Below are positions 12,901 to 26,263 of a DNA stretch of 64,000 nucleotides, one piece after another. The DNA comes from the human T2T-CHM13v2.0 reference genome, Homo sapiens. The stretch lies in assembly GCF_009914755.1 (NCBI RefSeq), contig NC_060927.1, one strand, 5' to 3'. Below the pieces are notes generated by a model. It had not been told where the DNA came from, made no database searches, and saw only the letters and a list, made by a program, of their open reading frames with translations. Every line of letters begins with the position of its first letter. Position 1 is the stretch's first letter. The translations under genes were made by a program, and so were the position numbers.

Positions 12901-15900
12901 GCCTCTTAGGTAAAGAAGCAAAGATCATCAGTAAAGACACATGCCAGAAAGCAATCCTACCTACTTTTGCCCCTTAGAACTAGTGTCTGGCTTGAAGAAC
13001 TGGAGTCTCTAGCTACACTGGGTTACGTACAAAAAGGATGAAGTCAGATCTCTCCTCAATGGACACTAAAATAAAGGTCTGGGGTAGAGTGGGGTGTCCA
13101 CAAGTTGTACTTAGTTCTGACCCAACGCAATCCCCCTAATGAATTTAAAAGTGGCCTTATAAGAATGGAAGAGGCCAACTTAGAATTAAAAAGGGCAGGG
13201 CAGTTTAAAGTCAATAACATCCAGAATTATGGCCTTAACAAGCACCTAAGTACCATGAGGGAATAAAAACAAGATATCCCTACTGTCTATATACTACATC
13301 TTAAGTCATTAAGAGACATACTGACATACTGTCTGAAATTTGTCTATATGCCAAAGAGGGCTTTGCAAACTGCTTGGTGTGTAGTATAGGCTCATACTTG
13401 CTTGAAATGGAAAAAAGTGGTTTTGACAGGCCTTGAACTAGCCAAACCCCTTGCTTTACCTTTTAACCTACAAGTGTGATATATATTCAAATATGCACAT
13501 TAATTCTCCTAATCTGAATCTCAAACCATGAGATTGACCAGATTCTGAGTCTTATGCAACTGCTCCATGGATTTGGAATGAAATATTCAGAGGTGGGTGT
13601 AGCTTGATTTCTGTTTCAACACTGTATAATCGTAAAGAGGAAAAACCCAGATTCTATTGTCTTAGTCTAGGTATATCAGAATCAAATTTCCTGGGTGCTC
13701 TGTATTTTCTACTTTAGTACTACAATGAGTTTAACAAAACTGATCCTACACTATTATTCTTGTTCTTTTTATCACAGAAGAAATATCTACACTAGTATAC
13801 AAAGTGAAAGTAACTTTATGATAACCCAAGACGATATTATTAAAATCAGACTGAGAGATAAGATATGAAAATAGAAATGTTTATCTTGTATAAAAAGGTA
13901 GGCAGAAACCTAAGACAGGGAAAGTGATTGAAAATTATGCCACAAAAAGAACATTACTATATTAAAAGCAATGCCTATATACTAGCTATAGCTGAATTCA
14001 TACTATGAAATGCAAATCTAGTTTTGCGAATATGCGTGATTATTTTGGATTTAGAATATGTATCAATTTGGGGGGAAAGTCATCTATCTCTCATCTTTAG
14101 AACTTGGCCTTTCAAATCTCCATGAACAACTCAGTGACAAAGATAAAACATCTGCCAAAACACAGATGACAGCATGAGCAAGTGTCCTAATGGTAGGCAT
14201 TTAGTGTAATGCTTTAAAAAACACTGCCTCTAGACTGCTGGGGCGGCCCCATAAATACGTACTTTTAAATAGGCATTTACTTCCTTAAAATGGCAACTTG
14301 TAATTAAAAATAATATATTCTTTAAGAGAAAACATTTTTATTTAAACAAGCCAAATTACTACTAGACTTAGACGATGGAAAAAAATTTTATTTAATCATA
14401 TGTACCCTGATTTAAAAAAAAAAACAATTCATTTTGAACAAAGAGGAATCATTCAACCACTGAAAAGACAGTTCACAACACCATCATTATTTATTTAAAG
14501 TTTTATTTGCTAGCTAATAAATACCACTGAAACTATGCACTTTTAAACAAAGTATAATTGTACATGAGTGGGGGCAGAGTGGAATGCAACATAGTAATTC
14601 ATTTCACATCTTGCATACCATTAAGGTGCCTTCCAGTTTGCCTGTAATTGCATGAAATGAGTATCTGAGATAACTTCTTTTACCACAAAGGCCACTAACA
14701 CTGTAGAGGGTGCCAGGAAAGGTCCCTGATTCCCGGGGCTTAATTAACGAAACTGAAAGCAAAATCAAACTTCAATACAAATGAATGTACAGATCCATCA
14801 CTTTCTTACTCATTCTAGATTCTAAAGTCAGTCTCTCAAACCCTTGGTTTATAACTACCTATGTGCTGAGACATCTTTCTTCATACATGTCCTTTTGAAG
14901 CTATATATTAAACACATACAAAAACATATTTTATAACAAATACTATCCTGTTTTACAGTCCACACTTAACACAACTCAACTGCATAATGCCTGTATTTTG
15001 CTTTTTTTTTAGGTTAATATTAACTAAGTAAAATAAAATACTATAAATTCTGAATTCGATGACTCTAGGGATTCGAACACATTAAAATTGTGTGTAAACG
15101 AGTGCTAATTACATGATATTAACTATTACTAAAGAAGGCCTAACATAAATCCTATCACTCAAAGTACCATTCCAACAGTTCTAAACTACGTGATTTAAAT
15201 CTAACCTACCTGTTTTAAAAATAGTATATGGTTTATACTTTTTACTTTTTAGGCAGTTTGAATAAATGATACTGTATCACTTCATATCTGGTTCAATATG
15301 AAGGCGTTCTGAAATTATTATGCGATTATACAACACATCTCTGAAAGCAGTATTATTTTAGCTATAATGATAGTAAAGGCAACAAGCATACTAAACGTGA
15401 TGACAGGAAACACTAACATCAACCATTTAGATAACGGAGACCTGGATTCACAGTCCCAACATCCAGGATGCTCGGGGAGGGAGGAAAGTGGTAAGCAGAG
15501 ACTTAAGGGCATCTTGGAAATACCTAAAGTCACAAGCCTTTAGGAACGGCACACCGAGGCTAATAATCAGTTTAAAATCGAATTAATTTAGCATTCTAGA
15601 ATAAATGTAACAATTGCTGTCACTGGTGCTCAAGCTGAATTCTGAATCTTATAAAAGTTCACAAAAGGCTCTATGGATGTGAAGTGTGACAGGCACTCAC
15701 TGTAGAGCTACGAATGTTTCTATTCCTTGCTCAGTTTTTACAGACGAAGCACACGTTTTACAAAAGCGAAATGGATTCCAAAAGCTCGGGGTGGGGGTGG
15801 GGGGGTGGAGGTTCTTTGGCGTCGAAAAACACCAAATCCCATTCTGCTGCACATGTTTTGACTGGAGGTTACTGTCTTCCTATTTCAGGCGAAAACCAGA

Positions 15901-16652
15901 TTACTTTTAAAACGGTTCCCCCAAATAAAGTGGGAAAAACTTCAACGTACAATTTAGAATGTATGCAAGTGGCTGATGGGGCGTGAGGGTCACGAGAAAG
16001 GAAGAGTTTCCAGCAAGCTTATTTTTAGGATTAAAAACGACAGCAAAAATTACACGGCCGGAAGATTCTTCTGATTGAATGCTGAGTTGAAAATGAAACT
16101 TAATTGTGTCCTTTACGTCCTCTTCGCTCCTATGTTCATGTGGGAGGCAAACGGCAGAAACCCCTTCTCACCGACTTCGCCAAAATGCGCACTTCCATCG
16201 CAAGAGGCCCGGGCCCTCCCACTCTCCCTCCCTCAACCCCAAATGCGTCTAAGCACTGAGAAGGGAGAGGGGTGCGAAAGAAGGGGATCCCTAGCAGCTG
16301 CAGCCCCTTGCCTCTGATCGCGCCCTTTCTTGCTAGTTAATTTTTGCGCGAGGTGCGCGGTTTGGAGTCTTCCTGTGTGTGTGCATTTGGAGATGGAGAA
16401 CCGGGTGGAGGAGATGAGCCCCGCTCTCACCCAGGGGGAAGAAGACGACCAGGGAAAGGAAGGGAGGAAGAAGGGGGGCGCCCGATTCCCCGTGGGGCCC
16501 TCCCACGTCTGCACTTCGGGCGCTCAGGGCCCGAGTGTTCTGCGCCCCGGCCACCCTCTTCAGGGCGCCGCCGGGCTGGCTGGGGCGCAGCCCACACGCC
16601 CGCGGGGGCGAAGCGACAGCAGCCGCAGGGCTGGGAGCGAGGAGCCACTCAC

Positions 16653-16698
16653 CGCAGCACGCCGAGCCCAGCAACAGCGCCGCTACCAGGGGCCACAT
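16653..16698 (-). CDS. CD47: CD47 coding exon 1 (signal peptide MWPLVAALLLGSACC + first base of Gly16)
   Basis: ATG at 16698-16696 in GAGATGT context; translation matches the known CD47 N-terminus; 46 nt followed by donor G|GTGAGT (intron starts 16652), phase 1. Confidence 0.98.
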
Positions 16699-16885
16699 CT
16701 CCGCGCCCGCCGCGGGGTCGCCGCCGCCGCCGCAGGTGTCTGGAGCAGCAGCCGCCGCCGCCGTTACAGGCAGGACCGACCGCCGCCGCGCGTCACAGGC
16801 AGGACCCACTGCCCAGGCTGCACGGCCGCGCGCACGCGCGCTCCCACTGCTTCCCGCCCGCTCCCCCGCCTGCTCCCCGCCCGCG
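16699..16885 (-). other. CD47: CD47 5' UTR with short GCG/GCT triplet runs (TSS position approximate)
   Basis: GC-rich region directly upstream of the ATG; (CGC)n at 16719-16733 and GCA/GCC run at 16745-16763; TSS inferred from promoter motifs only. Confidence 0.6.
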
Positions 16886-16890
16886 AGAGC

Positions 16891-16902
16891 CGCGCACGCG
16901 CA
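16891..16902 (-). promoter_or_regulatory. NRF1 (alpha-Pal) element TGCGCGTGCGCG; second near-copy at 16829-16840
   Basis: Matches NRF1 consensus; NRF1/alpha-Pal is an established regulator of the CD47 (IAP) promoter. Confidence 0.75.
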
Positions 16903-17213
16903 CTCGGCCCCGCCCCGCAACCGCTGCTGTTGACGCGGCGCCCTCCCCAGTCGCAGGCTCCAGACCCGGGGCCCGCCTGCCCGCTCCACGGAGGCCGGAT
17001 GCCTGCTCCAGGGCGGTGGCACGCGCCGCGCTTCCAGGTCACGTCCTGTCGCACCCGCCCGCCCCTGGGGTCCGCGTGCTCGCCCGCCGCAGGAGGCTGA
17101 ACCCTGTGTTCCCACGCTCGCCGGGGACCTCATTGCACCCGTTCCTGTCCGCGGGTCGGTTCCTGCCTTTCGCGCGGCGCTGGGCCCCACTGTCCTCTCT
17201 CTCTACTTTTCTC

Positions 17214-17229
17214 CTCTTTGCTTTCACTC
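17214..17229 (-). promoter_or_regulatory. IRF/ISRE-like motif (GAGTGAAAGCAAAGAG)
   Basis: Motif match in the proximal promoter; CD47 is interferon inducible; binding not demonstrable from sequence. Confidence 0.4.
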
Positions 17230-20074
17230 CCACCCTCGCGCTTCAGGGGCCGGGTCCCGTCCCGCCCCAGCCCGCGTCTCTCCCTGGACCCGACGTCCGG
17301 CTGCGCGCGTGGACCAGGACACCTAGGCTTTCACCAGCGCCCGTTTCCTCCGGACGCGGCCGTCTAGCGCCGAAGCGGTCCCTGAGCCCGAGGCCGCCAC
17401 GCCCAGGGCAGGGCGGTGGTCGGGTACCTGCCCGCAGGGAGCTTCCACTCGCCCCTCGCGGGCTCTGCGTTCGGCTCGTCTACTCGCTCTGCTCTTCCCT
17501 ATGCGGTTCTCTTCCCTCTTTCTCACTTGGTTCTTTAGTGTTTTCATCCTCTGATCAGGGTTAATCAAACAAGTTCCATTCACGGTGGTAAACATTGTTA
17601 CCTGTGAACACCGCCACCACCGGGACTAGCGAGCATTGTCGCAAACAGGCATTAGCAGCGTATCCAACACATCCCCACCAGCAAGGTTATTGAGCTTGGT
17701 TTGTGACTGCCCCATGTGCAGCCCTCTGCGCTGCGCTTGGGTTTAACATGCTTGAAAAATGGGTTCGAAATGTGGCCGCAAGCCACAATAGGGACAAGGC
17801 TTTTGAATTTATCGCTGAATCACACAGGCCACATCATTCATCCTGAAGCAAAAGTCTTTTAAAGATACTTTTAACCGTTATCCTAACTGATGTACTCTCT
17901 TATCAAAAAGTCAGGCTCTGGTGGCTGCTCTAATGGAGTGCACATCCTGTCCACCTCCTTGATTGTTTTCCTCCTACCTGCTGGGAAAGAAAGCAATTTC
18001 CCACCACAATACCCCACTTCTCCAAATCCTCTACACAGTGCGGCTCCTCCCAAGCATCCCATTGCCACAGAAATAAAATCCAGCATATGAAAGTGGCACT
18101 GTCTATGACACTCTGTACCAGTGTATTGTATACTATCGAGCTTCTTCCTGTAATTGCTTTTTTGTGTGAACCTCTTCCCCACAGCATTATCAATTCTTTT
18201 AAATCCGAGAGCATTTTAAGTATTCCCTCCTCCAAGACTTTCCATTGAGCTCGGCAAACAGAAGGGGTTTAATAAATGTGTTGATGCGGCGTGAGGCAGG
18301 CATTGCTCTAGTGAAATTTGATTGCTTTTTTAATGATTGAAAAATAAAAACAATTGCCTGGCAGACATCTCACTAAAACAATGGTTAATAATTATGGTGG
18401 TAATGATTTGAATGGCAGCCTTGACACCCCGAGGCAACCAAAGGGACTCATCGATTCTCCTCCAACTGCTGCTTATGTGGATACAAAAGAATCATCCACC
18501 AGACTTTGAGCATTAGGGACATTGTGTATCACAGAGCAGCTGGTTGGCTAAATAAGGCTGTCAGCTGTCCCTGATACCAACCAACCCCCCTAAAGCTGAA
18601 GAGTGACTAGAAAGGACTGTCCCCAACCTTCAGAGGTGGAGATCGGGTGATGTTCTGTTTTACACTGGGAGCTACTGAGCTATATGCTTAACGTCTTTTT
18701 GTGCAGAAAATGGAATGAGAGGCCACCTGGGTGACCACTGCTGCTCTTGGGAATCTAGCTGGGGTATGTTTTGGTGGTGGGGCAAAAGCAGGCATATCCC
18801 AGGAGAGACAGTCCAAAGCAGCCTGCCTAGGTTTGATTATCCTCTCTCTGAGATAACCTTAAGCTCTTTTCAGTATTTAATCATTTTAAAGGTTTGCCTT
18901 TTAACTTTTCAAAGCATTTTAATTTGGATGTTGAGCTCATCTTATCTGTATGTAAGGAGTTTCTTGGGTAGAGAGGGAGGGGATAATACATATTAGAATG
19001 TTTTGAACACAGGAAGTACACATTAGCTATATCACCTAAGTTAATCTTCATAACAACCTCAGAAAGGATAAATGTTATGATCTCCCTTTTTGAGATGAGG
19101 AAACAAAGGGAAAGAGGAATGGTGAGCACTTTGCCCACAGTTATAAGTGACACTGCTCTCTCTCTTGTCTCTCTCCCTTGTTCTGGTTTTCATCCTTTTT
19201 TCTTTTTACCCTATAATAGCAAAGTTGCTACAGTTTCCCCTTTACAGATAAATAAACTTAAAAAAATCACTCTTGTCACCTTTATAGATAAGGAAAGTGA
19301 GGCTTGGTCACAAGCTCAGGGAGGGACGGTGGTTGGACTGAAGTCTCCCTGACTCCATGGCCAGCGAAAAAATTCACAAACTTCCTCTCTCAATGCATAA
19401 AAAATTTCCCTTGCCCTCATTTCTGTCTCAACGATACATCTACTTTTATCTTCCTCCCCACACAACATCAAGATCCTGCCACATAGTAGGTATTGATATG
19501 ATAGTATCTTTAAATGTTTATGTAGATACAATTGTATCCTTATTGTAACTTCATTCAGCAAATGTTTTGCCCCATGGTGGTGTGTCATGCAACGACATGA
19601 GACAGTGCTGTCTCCTGGTGCCCCAAGGGGTTGGCTTAGAACTGTATGTGCCTACCTACTCATAGTCTGTGCTTTGTGTAGGGCCAGATGCATCTTTCAA
19701 CGTAAGGGAACATAACAGCAAAGGATCCCACAGTAAATCAAGGCCCATGATAATGCCAGTATAAGTTAAGTGCACTTCTCTGTGTTTTAGTCTTACTTTG
19801 GTGCATATCAGTTACCATCTTTTATTGAAATTATGTTTATATAGCTGTCTTCGTGTTCAGTAATAACTGTTTCCTATACTGTAAGCTCAATGAGGGGAGG
19901 GACCATATGAGTCTTCTTTACTGCTAGCCCCTTTGCCTGACACATAGTATGTACTCAACAAATCGTTGTTAAAAGAATAAATAGAATGAGTGAATAAATG
20001 AATGACTGAATGAGTAAATAAACCTCTCAGGGTCAGGAACCATATCTTCCATCAGTGTCTGACAAAGCACCTAG

Positions 20075-20417
<343 letters not shown>

Positions 20418-21029
20418 AACATATGTGAATGAAACTATTGAACTAACCTTGGAGCTGACCTGACATATTAGAGGTTCTTAGCATCATTAAATTCCTAATT
20501 TTGACTTATCAGTCATCAGCTGGTTGTAGTTTCAGAGTATTATCTCTTTCTTCTTAGTGTCTCTGAATATGTGCTTTTTTTTGTAATTAAGATTCTTCAC
20601 TTGTTAATACTTCTGGCCAATGGAATGCAAACTAACATCTGTTGCATGGTCAGGCAACACTAGCAACACTGGATTATTCCATGCCTGGACTATGCTACTT
20701 TCAGGCTTTTGTGCTTCAATTACGCTGTTTGCTCTGCTTCTCATAATTCTCCCTCATGTTTTCTTCTTTGCTCCTCAACTCAGAGAATTCTAGCTCATTC
20801 TTCAAGGCCAAGATCAAATATCACTTCCTCCAAGAAGCCTTTCTCAACCCTACTTTTCCTCTTTGCCATGATTCTCCATCATTTCATAGGTCTAGTTATC
20901 TCTCCCATGATGCTTTGTTCATACTGCTAACAAAATGTGTCAGTAGATATTTGTTTCTACATAATAGTTTCCTCTTCTATCACATTAGCTTGGAGAAAAT
21001 GAAATTTGTCCTGAGTATATTTGCATGTC

Positions 21030-21557
21030 TGTATTAGGGTTCTCTAGAGAGACAGAACTAATAGGATAGAGAGATAGGTGGATTGGCTCATGTGATTAAA
21101 GAGGCTGAGACGTTCCTCGATAGACCATCTGTAAGCCTGGAGACACAGGGATGCCAGTAGCATGGTTGTCCAAACTGGAGGGCCTCAGAACCAGGGAAGC
21201 CCTTGGTGCACCTCTCACTCTAAGGCTGAAGACCTAAGAAGCCAGGAGGCCACTGGTGCAAGTCTCAGAGTTCAAAGGCTGGAGAACCTAGAGTTCTGAT
21301 GGCCAAGGACAGGACGAGAAGGGTGTCTCAGCTCCAGGAGAGAGAGCAAGAGAGCCTTTCCTCTGCCTTTTCACTCTATCCAGACCCCCAGCCGGTTAGA
21401 TGGTGCCCACCCACATTGAAGGAGGATCTCCCCAACTCAGTCCACGAACTCACATGCCAATATCCTCTGGAAATACCCTCATAGACACACTCAGAAATAA
21501 TGATTTAGCACCCATCTCTTAATCCAGTCAAGTTAATACCTAAAATTAACCATCACA
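21030..21557 (-). mobile_element. MLT2-type ERVL solo LTR
   Basis: TGTATTAGGGTTCTCTAGAGAGACAGAAC ... AAAATTAACCATCACA termini. Confidence 0.8.
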
Positions 21558-21619
21558 ATCTCCAAAGTCAAACATAGTGCCTGGTGGAGACCTACGTGTG
21601 TCGAATCAATCAAGAAAAC

Positions 21620-21880
21620 TTACAGTGTGGTATGTAGTATACAGAGTCACTTTAGCCTAGGTTTGAGTTATAGGTCAAGCCACTTACTACCTGTTAACCT
21701 TGGACACATTATTTAAACTTTCTGAGCACTTGTTTTCTCATTTGTAAAGCGAAGATGTTAAAAATAATATAAATTAACTTTTGAACATGGCTTGAGAATG
21801 TAATAAGTTAACACCTTTACAGTTATGTAGAGCAGTGCCTGAGGCACAGTAGGCACACAATAAATATTAGCCCTTATTAT
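21620..21880 (+). mobile_element. MIR
   Basis: ACCTTGGACACATTATTTAAACTTTCTGAGCACTTGTTTTCTCATTTGTAAA core. Confidence 0.65.
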
Positions 21881-22789
21881 AATAATCATCTTATATAGTG
21901 AGATTGGTCTCCTAGAAGGGCAGTGAAAATATTATCAAAAGAATCACCAATTGCTGCTCAGGAGCATTGAAGGAGCACCTTGAGTTGGAGAAGTGTCAAC
22001 AATTTTGATTGAAGCTAGATGAGCGTGTCTATGCCTAGTGGGCAGGCCTTAATTTGCTGCTTCTTCACATTTCACTGGCGATTAAATGCTGAGGGACCCA
22101 TGTCTCTGATACCTGGCTTGGAGCCCAGTCTCCTGGGATGCTATTTCAACTTGACCCAGCTATAAAAGCATAGGAACCCCAGTCATCAGATAAAGCAGTA
22201 GAGCAACGAAGGTCTGTGCTGTCTGGTCAAGGGTTAGATTTGGATGGTTAGGGAGCTGGAAGATATTGGTATGGGATTGTGGGGTTGGAGAGATGGATTT
22301 GGCTTAGGAGAACAGAAGGAAGGCTCCAGCAGCAGGAAATCATTTTCTTGCTAGCCTGTGTTCCAATTAGGGGCAAATATTAGAAGCAGGAACTGCCTCA
22401 AGGTAGGAGGATAATAGGACTGAGGGTTTTAGGTAAGGGATATCCTGCCACAGAGATGACAATGTGATCTGGTATGCGTTTTCCTCTGCATGTCAAATGA
22501 ATAACAAGGATTAATTTGCTTCCGCCACAAGATGCACAACATTCTCTACTCCTCCCTCTGCTGTGGCTGCTGGAGGCCACTCATGTAGGGCACCCATATT
22601 CATGACAGCTTGAAAGCACTAGAGAAAGCCAGCTTCTATATTACATTGCAAAATTGCAGCAGGCTTATTTCTTTGAGAGCACATACTGTTTTGAGTCCTG
22701 AGAAGACCCTTTTGTATCTTGCCTACCTCTCCTCTTTGAGAGCCTGTAACATACGTGCAGTGGGCATAAACCACACACCAAGCCCTCGC

Positions 22790-23410
22790 TGTGCTAGTGG
22801 ATTTACTTTCGATTGCTACTACAACAAATTACTACAAATTTAGGGGCTTAAAACAACACCCATTTATTATCTCACAGTTCTGTAGGTCAGAAGTCCAGTA
22901 GGCGCAGCTGGTTTCTCTGTTTCAAGTCTCACAAGACTGAAATCAAGGCATTCGCTGAGCTGCTTTCCCTTCCGGAGGCTCTAGGGGAGAGTCCATTTCC
23001 AGGTTAATCCAGGTAGTCGGCAGAAATCAATGTCTATAGAACTGAGGTCTGTTTCCTTTGCTGGCTGCCATCTGGGCATCTCCCTTGGTATTTAGAGGCC
23101 TCTTTTGAGTCATTGTAGGTAGTCTCTGCACACCCAAAACTAGGAATGGCATATTAAAGTCTTCTGACCCTGGATCTCTTCTGTCTCCGCTTCTTGTGCT
23201 GCATCTCTATGACCAACTCTTCTGCCTTCCACTTCTGCTTTTAAGTGATTAGATGGACCCCCTTGGTAATCCAAGATAATCTTCCTATTTTAAGGTCTGT
23301 AATCTCAATCACATCCACACTGTCTCTTTTGCCACGTAAAGTAACATATTCACAAGTTCCCAGAGATTAGGGCTTGGAAATCTTTGGGGGACATTATTCT
23401 GCCTACCACA
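22790..23410 (-). mobile_element. MLT1 (D/E-like) MaLR LTR
   Basis: GGCTTAAAACAACACCCATTTATTATCTCACAGTTCTGTAGGTCAGAAGTCC ... ATTATTCTGCCTACCACA. Confidence 0.8.
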
Positions 23411-23734
23411 GCTAGGTTATTTTCATATTTTTCTCCCTTAATCCATGTAACAGCCTCGTAAAGAAAGCATTGTTATACTCATCATATACGAATAGTAACT
23501 GAGGTTCAGAGAGGTTCCTATTACAACTGATAAACGGGGGAGCTGGGGTTTGAATCTTGCTTCAGAGCTCACACTCCGTCCTCTGCCAGAGATGGAGGGG
23601 TGGAAGAAAAGCCATCATGTGACCTGCCACTCTCATTGCATTTCCCACCATTGTTTCACTAGGGCTGCTTCTCAATTTAGCAAGGTCGTCACTCTGTCCA
23701 CCAAAGATTTCTAACTCTCCTCCTGGGTATGTGG

Positions 23735-24210
23735 TATGTGTGTCTCCTGGGTCTCATCAGAACACACATGGCACGCTCAAATGAAGTTATTGAGAAGAGA
23801 TTAATAAAAGGACTGTTTACAAGGTTGTGAGTGGGGCAATGTAAAACCAACAAGGAATGACAGAGCATGTTGGCTAACAACAGCTATTGCACCCCACGCC
23901 TGGAGGAGTATAGGGAAGAAACAGTTACTAGAACCCCAAGAGAAAGGAGAAACTGAAGGAGGGGATGCCTGGCTGGAGCTGTGGCCTTCAATAGTGGAAC
24001 ACCGCTACAACCAGCCTGGCAGGGAGGTAGGTGGCAAACTAAATGACTTCACTCTCCTCCCTCCCTCTGAACTCCCACTATTGGCAAATCTTAATGAGGA
24101 GCCAGAGGAAAGGGGAGTCTGTTTATGCAGTTCTTGAATTTTAACTTTCCAGGCTCAGAGCAGAGTATAGAAAGGTAGAGGGTGGATCTGAGAGAGACTA
24201 TCCAGCACTG
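23735..24210 (-). mobile_element. Ancient ERVL/MaLR-type LTR, subfamily unresolved
   Basis: ATGGCACGCTCAAA...TTAATAAAAGGACTGTTTACAAGG resembles old ERVL LTR ends. Confidence 0.45.
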
Positions 24211-24272
24211 TGAGACTGTCCTTCCCTGTGTCATTGAAATCAGGTATGGCGGTGGGATTCGCTTGGGCCAGT

Positions 24273-24666
24273 GTGTTAGTTTCCTAGGACGACCATAGCA
24301 GATTACCATAAACAGGAGGCTTAAAACAAGAGAAGCTTATTCTCTCACTATTCTGAGGGCCACGCTCTCTCCGAAGGCTCCTAAGAATCCTTCCTTCCTA
24401 GCCTGGCAGCCTTTGGCATTCCTTAACTTGAGCTGCATCACTTCAGGCTCTGCCGCTGTCTTCACAGGGTCTTCTCTGTTTCTGTGTGCTCTCCTCTTCA
24501 TATAAGGACATCCATCATTAGATTTAGGGACCAACCTAGATATCATCTTGACATCCTTAACTAAATATACCTGCAAAGACCCTATTTCCAAATAAAGATC
24601 ACATTCTGAAGTTTGGGGTGGACATGAATTTGTGGAGGGAGGCGGTGTGGATAATATTCAACTCAC
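24273..24666 (-). mobile_element. MLT1 (B/C-like) MaLR LTR
   Basis: TGTGTTAGTTTCCTAGGAC...GGCTTAAAACAA...CTGCAAAGACCCTATTTCCAAATAAGATCACATTCTGA. Confidence 0.8.
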
Positions 24667-24668
24667 GA

Positions 24669-24991
24669 GGCCAGGCACGGTGGCTCACGCCTGTAATCAG
24701 AGCACTTTGGGAGGCTGAGGCAGGCAGATCACGAGGTCAAGAGATCGAGACCATCCTGGCCAACATGGTGAAACCCTGTCTCTACTAAAAATACACAAAT
24801 TAGCTGGGCGTGGTGGTGCATGCCTGTAGTCCCAGCTACTCGGGAAGTACTGTAGTACTCAGCTACTGAGGCAGGAGAATCGCTTCAACCCGGGAGGCAG
24901 AGGTTGCAGTGAGCCGAGATGGCGCCACTGCACTCCAGCCCAGCGCTAGAGCGAGAGACTCCGTCTCAAAAAAAAAAAAAAAAAAAAAAAA
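24669..24991 (+). mobile_element. AluSc-like with an internal ~20-bp insertion
   Basis: GATCACGAGGTCAAGAGATCGAGACCATCCTGGCC diagnostic; long A tail. Confidence 0.92.
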
Positions 24992-25049
24992 TTCTGCTTA
25001 TGATAACCACGTACATCTGGACCAAAGTTTCTAGGCCTAGCATGCAATT

Positions 25050-25240
25050 TTTTCTTTTTTCTTTCCTTCTGCCATGGCAATCAGCAATGCTCAGACAGCA
25101 GCTGCCCCCTCAGCCTGGGTCCTGGAGTGAGATGAGGCAGAGCAGAGCCCTAGCTGACCTGCAAAGGAAACATAACATAAATAGAAATAAATGTGTCATC
25201 TCTTCTGAAGTATGCTGTGTACGGTAGTTAATGACCACAG
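25050..25240 (+). mobile_element. Old MLT1 (I/J/K-like) 3' fragment
   Basis: CAGCCTGGGTCCTGGAGTGAG...GAGCAGAGCCC...AGAAATAAA. Confidence 0.55.
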
Positions 25241-26079
25241 CCCATCCCTTCAGAGATAGTGCCAGCAGCCATAGTAACTCCCTAGTTCCTTCCTTTCACA
25301 CAAACACCCTTGAATTGACCGAAACCATTCTACAGACTCATTGTTTCTTTTAATCCCAACCCCATTGGCAACATTTTACTGCACCGTAATTCCTCTCTGG
25401 GGCCAAGGTATAGAAAGAAGTAGATCTCCAAAGACTGCCTTTTGTATCCTTAGAGGGACAAGATTTGTAGGAAAAAGAAAATGAAGGCTAGAGCACATGG
25501 GTGTTCTCTGAAATGAGCTGCAGAGTAGCTGTCTGCATTTCAGACTGACAATTTCAAATGAATCCTCCACCAGAAGCCGCCAGGAATGTCTGCTGAGAAA
25601 ACTGTTTTCTGCCTACACAGGGCTCTCTAGGTGCACCCTTCCCTGCCCTGCTATGACCACTTGTGCAAAACCACTTGAGAAACTGCACCTCATGAAGTTT
25701 GTTTATTGATGCTACTACATGAGCCTCTCTGAGTCCATCTGCCAACCTTCTTTTCTCTAATACTGATCTCATTGCTATGGGTGTGGGCCAATGGACTCAA
25801 ACTATCTTTAGGGGGGCCTTAAAAGCAAAATGGATAAACTAGGTTCAAACTGTCAGACAAGACAGACAGACATGTCTGGAATCATGAGAAAGATTGCCCG
25901 ATTCCAGGCCCCGCCCACCTCACTAATCCATCTTGAACAGCCCCTGGGTTTGACCGCTCCCACACGCTAACTGCTGCTGCAGAAGCTGCAACTTCCCTCA
26001 TCTCTTCCGCAACCACAAGCCCTGGGAACCGCAATGGTAGCAAGAAAGAAAAATGTTATATCAACACTGAACTTAGAGG

Positions 26080-26263
26080 GGTGGTTCTCAAAGGATGCTA
26101 CTGGGGTTTACAGCATCTGCAGCACTGAGAAACTTGGAAATGCAAATTCTTGGGCCCAGCCCTAAACCTACTAAAGGAGACACACTGGAGTGGGGCCCAG
26201 CAATCTGTGTTTTATCGAGTGTTCCAGGTGATTCTGGGGCATGCTAAAGTTTGTGAGCCACTG
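26080..26263 (+). mobile_element. MER5A (hAT-Charlie MITE)
   Basis: GTGGTTCTCAAA...AAATGCAAATTCTTGGGCCC...CCAGGTGATTCT...AAGTTTGTGAGCCACTG. Confidence 0.8.

Larger units (their letters stand above)
6136..16652 (-). other. CD47: CD47 intron 1 (~10.5 kb, GT-AG)
   Basis: Bounded by the exon 1 donor and exon 2 acceptor. Confidence 0.95.
16180..17500. promoter_or_regulatory. CpG island / TATA-less CD47 promoter
   Basis: Very high GC and CpG density against a CpG-depleted background; spans exon 1; GC box GCCCCGCCCC at 16907-16916; GTCACGTC at 17038-17045. Confidence 0.93.

Noticed and set aside
16330-17564. Long overlapping ORFs of 256, 285 and 406 aa across the promoter
   Set aside because: Low-complexity Pro/Arg/Ala/Gly translations on both strands are expected in a CpG island lacking stop codons; only the 46-nt CD47 exon 1 segment is real coding sequence.
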